From assembly GCA_005222975.1 (NCBI GenBank), contig NJBI01000063.1:1-16836 (forward strand): a DNA stretch of 16,836 nucleotides, read 5' to 3'. The notes beneath the pieces were generated by a model. It did not search any database and was not told the origin of the DNA. It saw only the letters and a program-made list of their open reading frames with translations. Of the stretch, positions 15,254-16,836 are shown in pieces (the stretch's first letter is position 1; every line of letters starts with the position of its first letter). Source of the DNA: Promethearchaeota archaeon Loki_b31 (GTDB taxonomy: Archaea; Asgardarchaeota; Lokiarchaeia; Sigyniarchaeales; SOKP01). The position numbers were made by a program, and so were the translations under genes.

Positions 15254-16836
15254 TTATTTATTTTTTATTTTTTTCATTAAAATTATTGCTACTAAGGAAA
15301 TCACTCCAAATATCAAAATTACATCGTATCCAGGAATAGGTGGTTCAGATGGAATGCTTTTTATTACAGTAACACTACTCGTTCCTATTTTGCCAGTATC
15401 ATCTTCCGCAGAGAACGTGATTAATATATTTCCCTGAGAAGCGCTATCCCATGCATTTTGATTAATAGCCCCTGTGAGTCCATAAGAAGTATAATTTGTT
15501 ACTCCTCCATCTATAGTATACCATAGAGAATGTAATAGGTATTCACTAGTAATGGTAATATTATATGTAGGAGCATCAACTCCAAATTCTTGATTGGGTA
15601 GTGGTGAATGTATAGTAATATCTGGGCCTACTATATCCTTAAAAATATTGACTGTTTCAGATCCTAAGTTCCCCAATGTATCATTTGCATAAAAGGTAAG
15701 GCTTATGGAACCGATCCCCGCATCATCCCATGCGGTTTGGTTTACAGTTCCAATTAATCCTGAAAAGGTATAATTTGTTACTTCTCCATCTATAGTATAC
15801 CATGTAGAATCTACTGGGGATTCATCAATAATAGTTATAGTAAATGTAGGAGCATAAACTCCAAAGACTTGATCGGATACCGGTGAAAGTATAGTAATAT
15901 CTGGTGGTGTTAAATCGTCGGATTCGATATATACAGGATAAAACCATACTCGTTCAATAGGGTTAGGAACCCATCCAAGGACATAAGTTTGCCAGGCATC
16001 ATAATTTATACCTGTAATAAGTGTCATACCAGGCATATATTCTTCAACCATTAACTTTTGTATCATCCAGTACATATTTGACCTTACTGTTGGGTTAATT
16101 TCTGTTAGAGCATCATCCATTAATACTTGTACATCGGGTTCGTAGAAGTTACCTCCGTTTATATCGGAAACATTACTCCAAATAGGATTGATGTAAGTTT
16201 CAGGGTCAAGATAATCAGGAGCCCAACCGAGAGCGTACATATCCATTTTTTCTCGGTCTGCTATTATCATATCTAGGAAATCACCCCAAGTTACTCCGTT
16301 TACGTCTAATTTGACACCAATGTATTCAAGGTCAAAAGCTAATCTAAGTCCTATATTTTCCCTCTTATCATTTCCAATATTCCACGTATAGTTGTAATGT
16401 GCGATAGGACTACCACCGGTTGCAACGGCAATCCACGCGGCATCTGAGCTTGCTCCAGTTAAACCTGCAGCAGCACATATTGGCCCCCAAGTAGGGTCAG
16501 TAAGGAGTTTATTTCTTGCAACAGGTCTATCGAAGGTAGCTGCGTCTAAACTATAGTTTGCGTATGGAATACCGTTTGGAATGTAAGTTGGCCATCGAAC
16601 AGCGTCTCCGTCGTAAATTACATCGACAACATACGAGTAATTAAGTGCATACGATACGGCATGCCTCATAGCTTTATCAAGATGTAAATAATTGAATGTA
16701 ATCCAAGCGACGGTTAGGGTATTTCCATATTCTTCACACGATATATCAGGATCGGCTTGGAATACAGGAATGAAGCTTGGGTCCACGCTATCTATAAGGT
16801 CAATAACACCGGATAATAAACCGTTACGCAAAGTAG
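15254..16836 (-). CDS. ABC transporter substrate-binding protein, family 5 (Opp/Dpp-like), 5'-truncated by the window edge, with two Ig-like repeats and a C-terminal IPGY-TM-basic anchor
   Basis: Frame open to the window end. SBP5 motifs WITFNY, MRHAVSYALNY, LEYIGVKL and GWAPDYLDPETY. Two 93-aa repeats starting PDITI.SP. Ends PPIPGYD + TM + KKIKNK. Confidence 0.9.
   Translation of the reverse strand, partial: TLRNGLLSGVIDLIDSVDPSFIPVFQADPDISCEEYGNTLTVAWITFNYLHLDKAMRHAVSYALNYSYVVDVIYDGDAVRWPTYIPNGIPYANYSLDAATFDRPVARNKLLTDPTWGPICAAAGLTGASSDAAWIAVATGGSPIAHYNYTWNIGNDKRENIGLRLAFDLEYIGVKLDVNGVTWGDFLDMIIADREKMDMYALGWAPDYLDPETYINPIWSNVSDINGGNFYEPDVQVLMDDALTEINPTVRSNMYWMIQKLMVEEYMPGMTLITGINYDAWQTYVLGWVPNPIERVWFYPVYIESDDLTPPDITILSPVSDQVFGVYAPTFTITIIDESPVDSTWYTIDGEVTNYTFSGLIGTVNQTAWDDAGIGSISLTFYANDTLGNLGSETVNIFKDIVGPDITIHSPLPNQEFGVDAPTYNITITSEYLLHSLWYTIDGGVTNYTSYGLTGAINQNAWDSASQGNILITFSAEDDTGKIGTSSVTVIKSIPSEPPIPGYDVILIFGVISLVAIILMKKIKNK
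15347..15904 (-). repeat. Intragenic tandem duplication, period 279 nt (two Ig-like domains)
   Basis: ATAGTAATATCTGG occurs at 15612 and 15891. A 36-nt block at 15489-15524 and 15768-15803 has one mismatch. Both offsets are 279 nt. Repeat boundaries are approximate. Confidence 0.88.

Noticed and set aside
1-16836. CRISPR array, IS element or defence island
   Set aside because: No regularly spaced short repeats, transposase, terminal inverted repeats or recognisable defence genes were seen by eye.

Overview
AT-rich archaeal chromosomal window, most consistent with an Asgard archaeon (Lokiarchaeia-like). That placement is an inference from an archaeal-type GluRS, a tRNA gene with a bulge-helix-bulge (BHB) intron and no encoded CCA, GGTG-type Shine-Dalgarno motifs, and secreted proteins ending in an IP(S/G)x-TM-polyLys anchor. 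Contents, left to right: a four-gene + strand block (extended SDR, small SCP2-like protein, divergent aldehyde dehydrogenase, second paralogous small protein); a secreted C-terminally anchored protein; an amidase-signature enzyme; a sugar-phosphate nucleotidyltransferase translationally coupled to a hypothetical gene; two HAD hydrolases flanking a tRNA-Arg(GCG) that is absent from the ORF track and has a non-canonical T-loop intron; an ADP-ribosylglycohydrolase; a stand-alone Lrp/AsnC ligand-binding (RAM) domain that seems to start at ATT; gltX; a Zn-ribbon/CPBP protease fusion; an MtxX/Mmp4-like gene; and the 3' part of a family-5 ABC substrate-binding protein on a duplicated Ig-like stalk. 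No mobile element, integrase or CRISPR array was seen. The best candidate for an undescribed system is the SDR + ALDH block with its two paralogous lipid-carrier-like proteins, possibly a prenyl/long-chain alcohol oxidation module. Family calls rest on motif recognition from memory, not on database searches.
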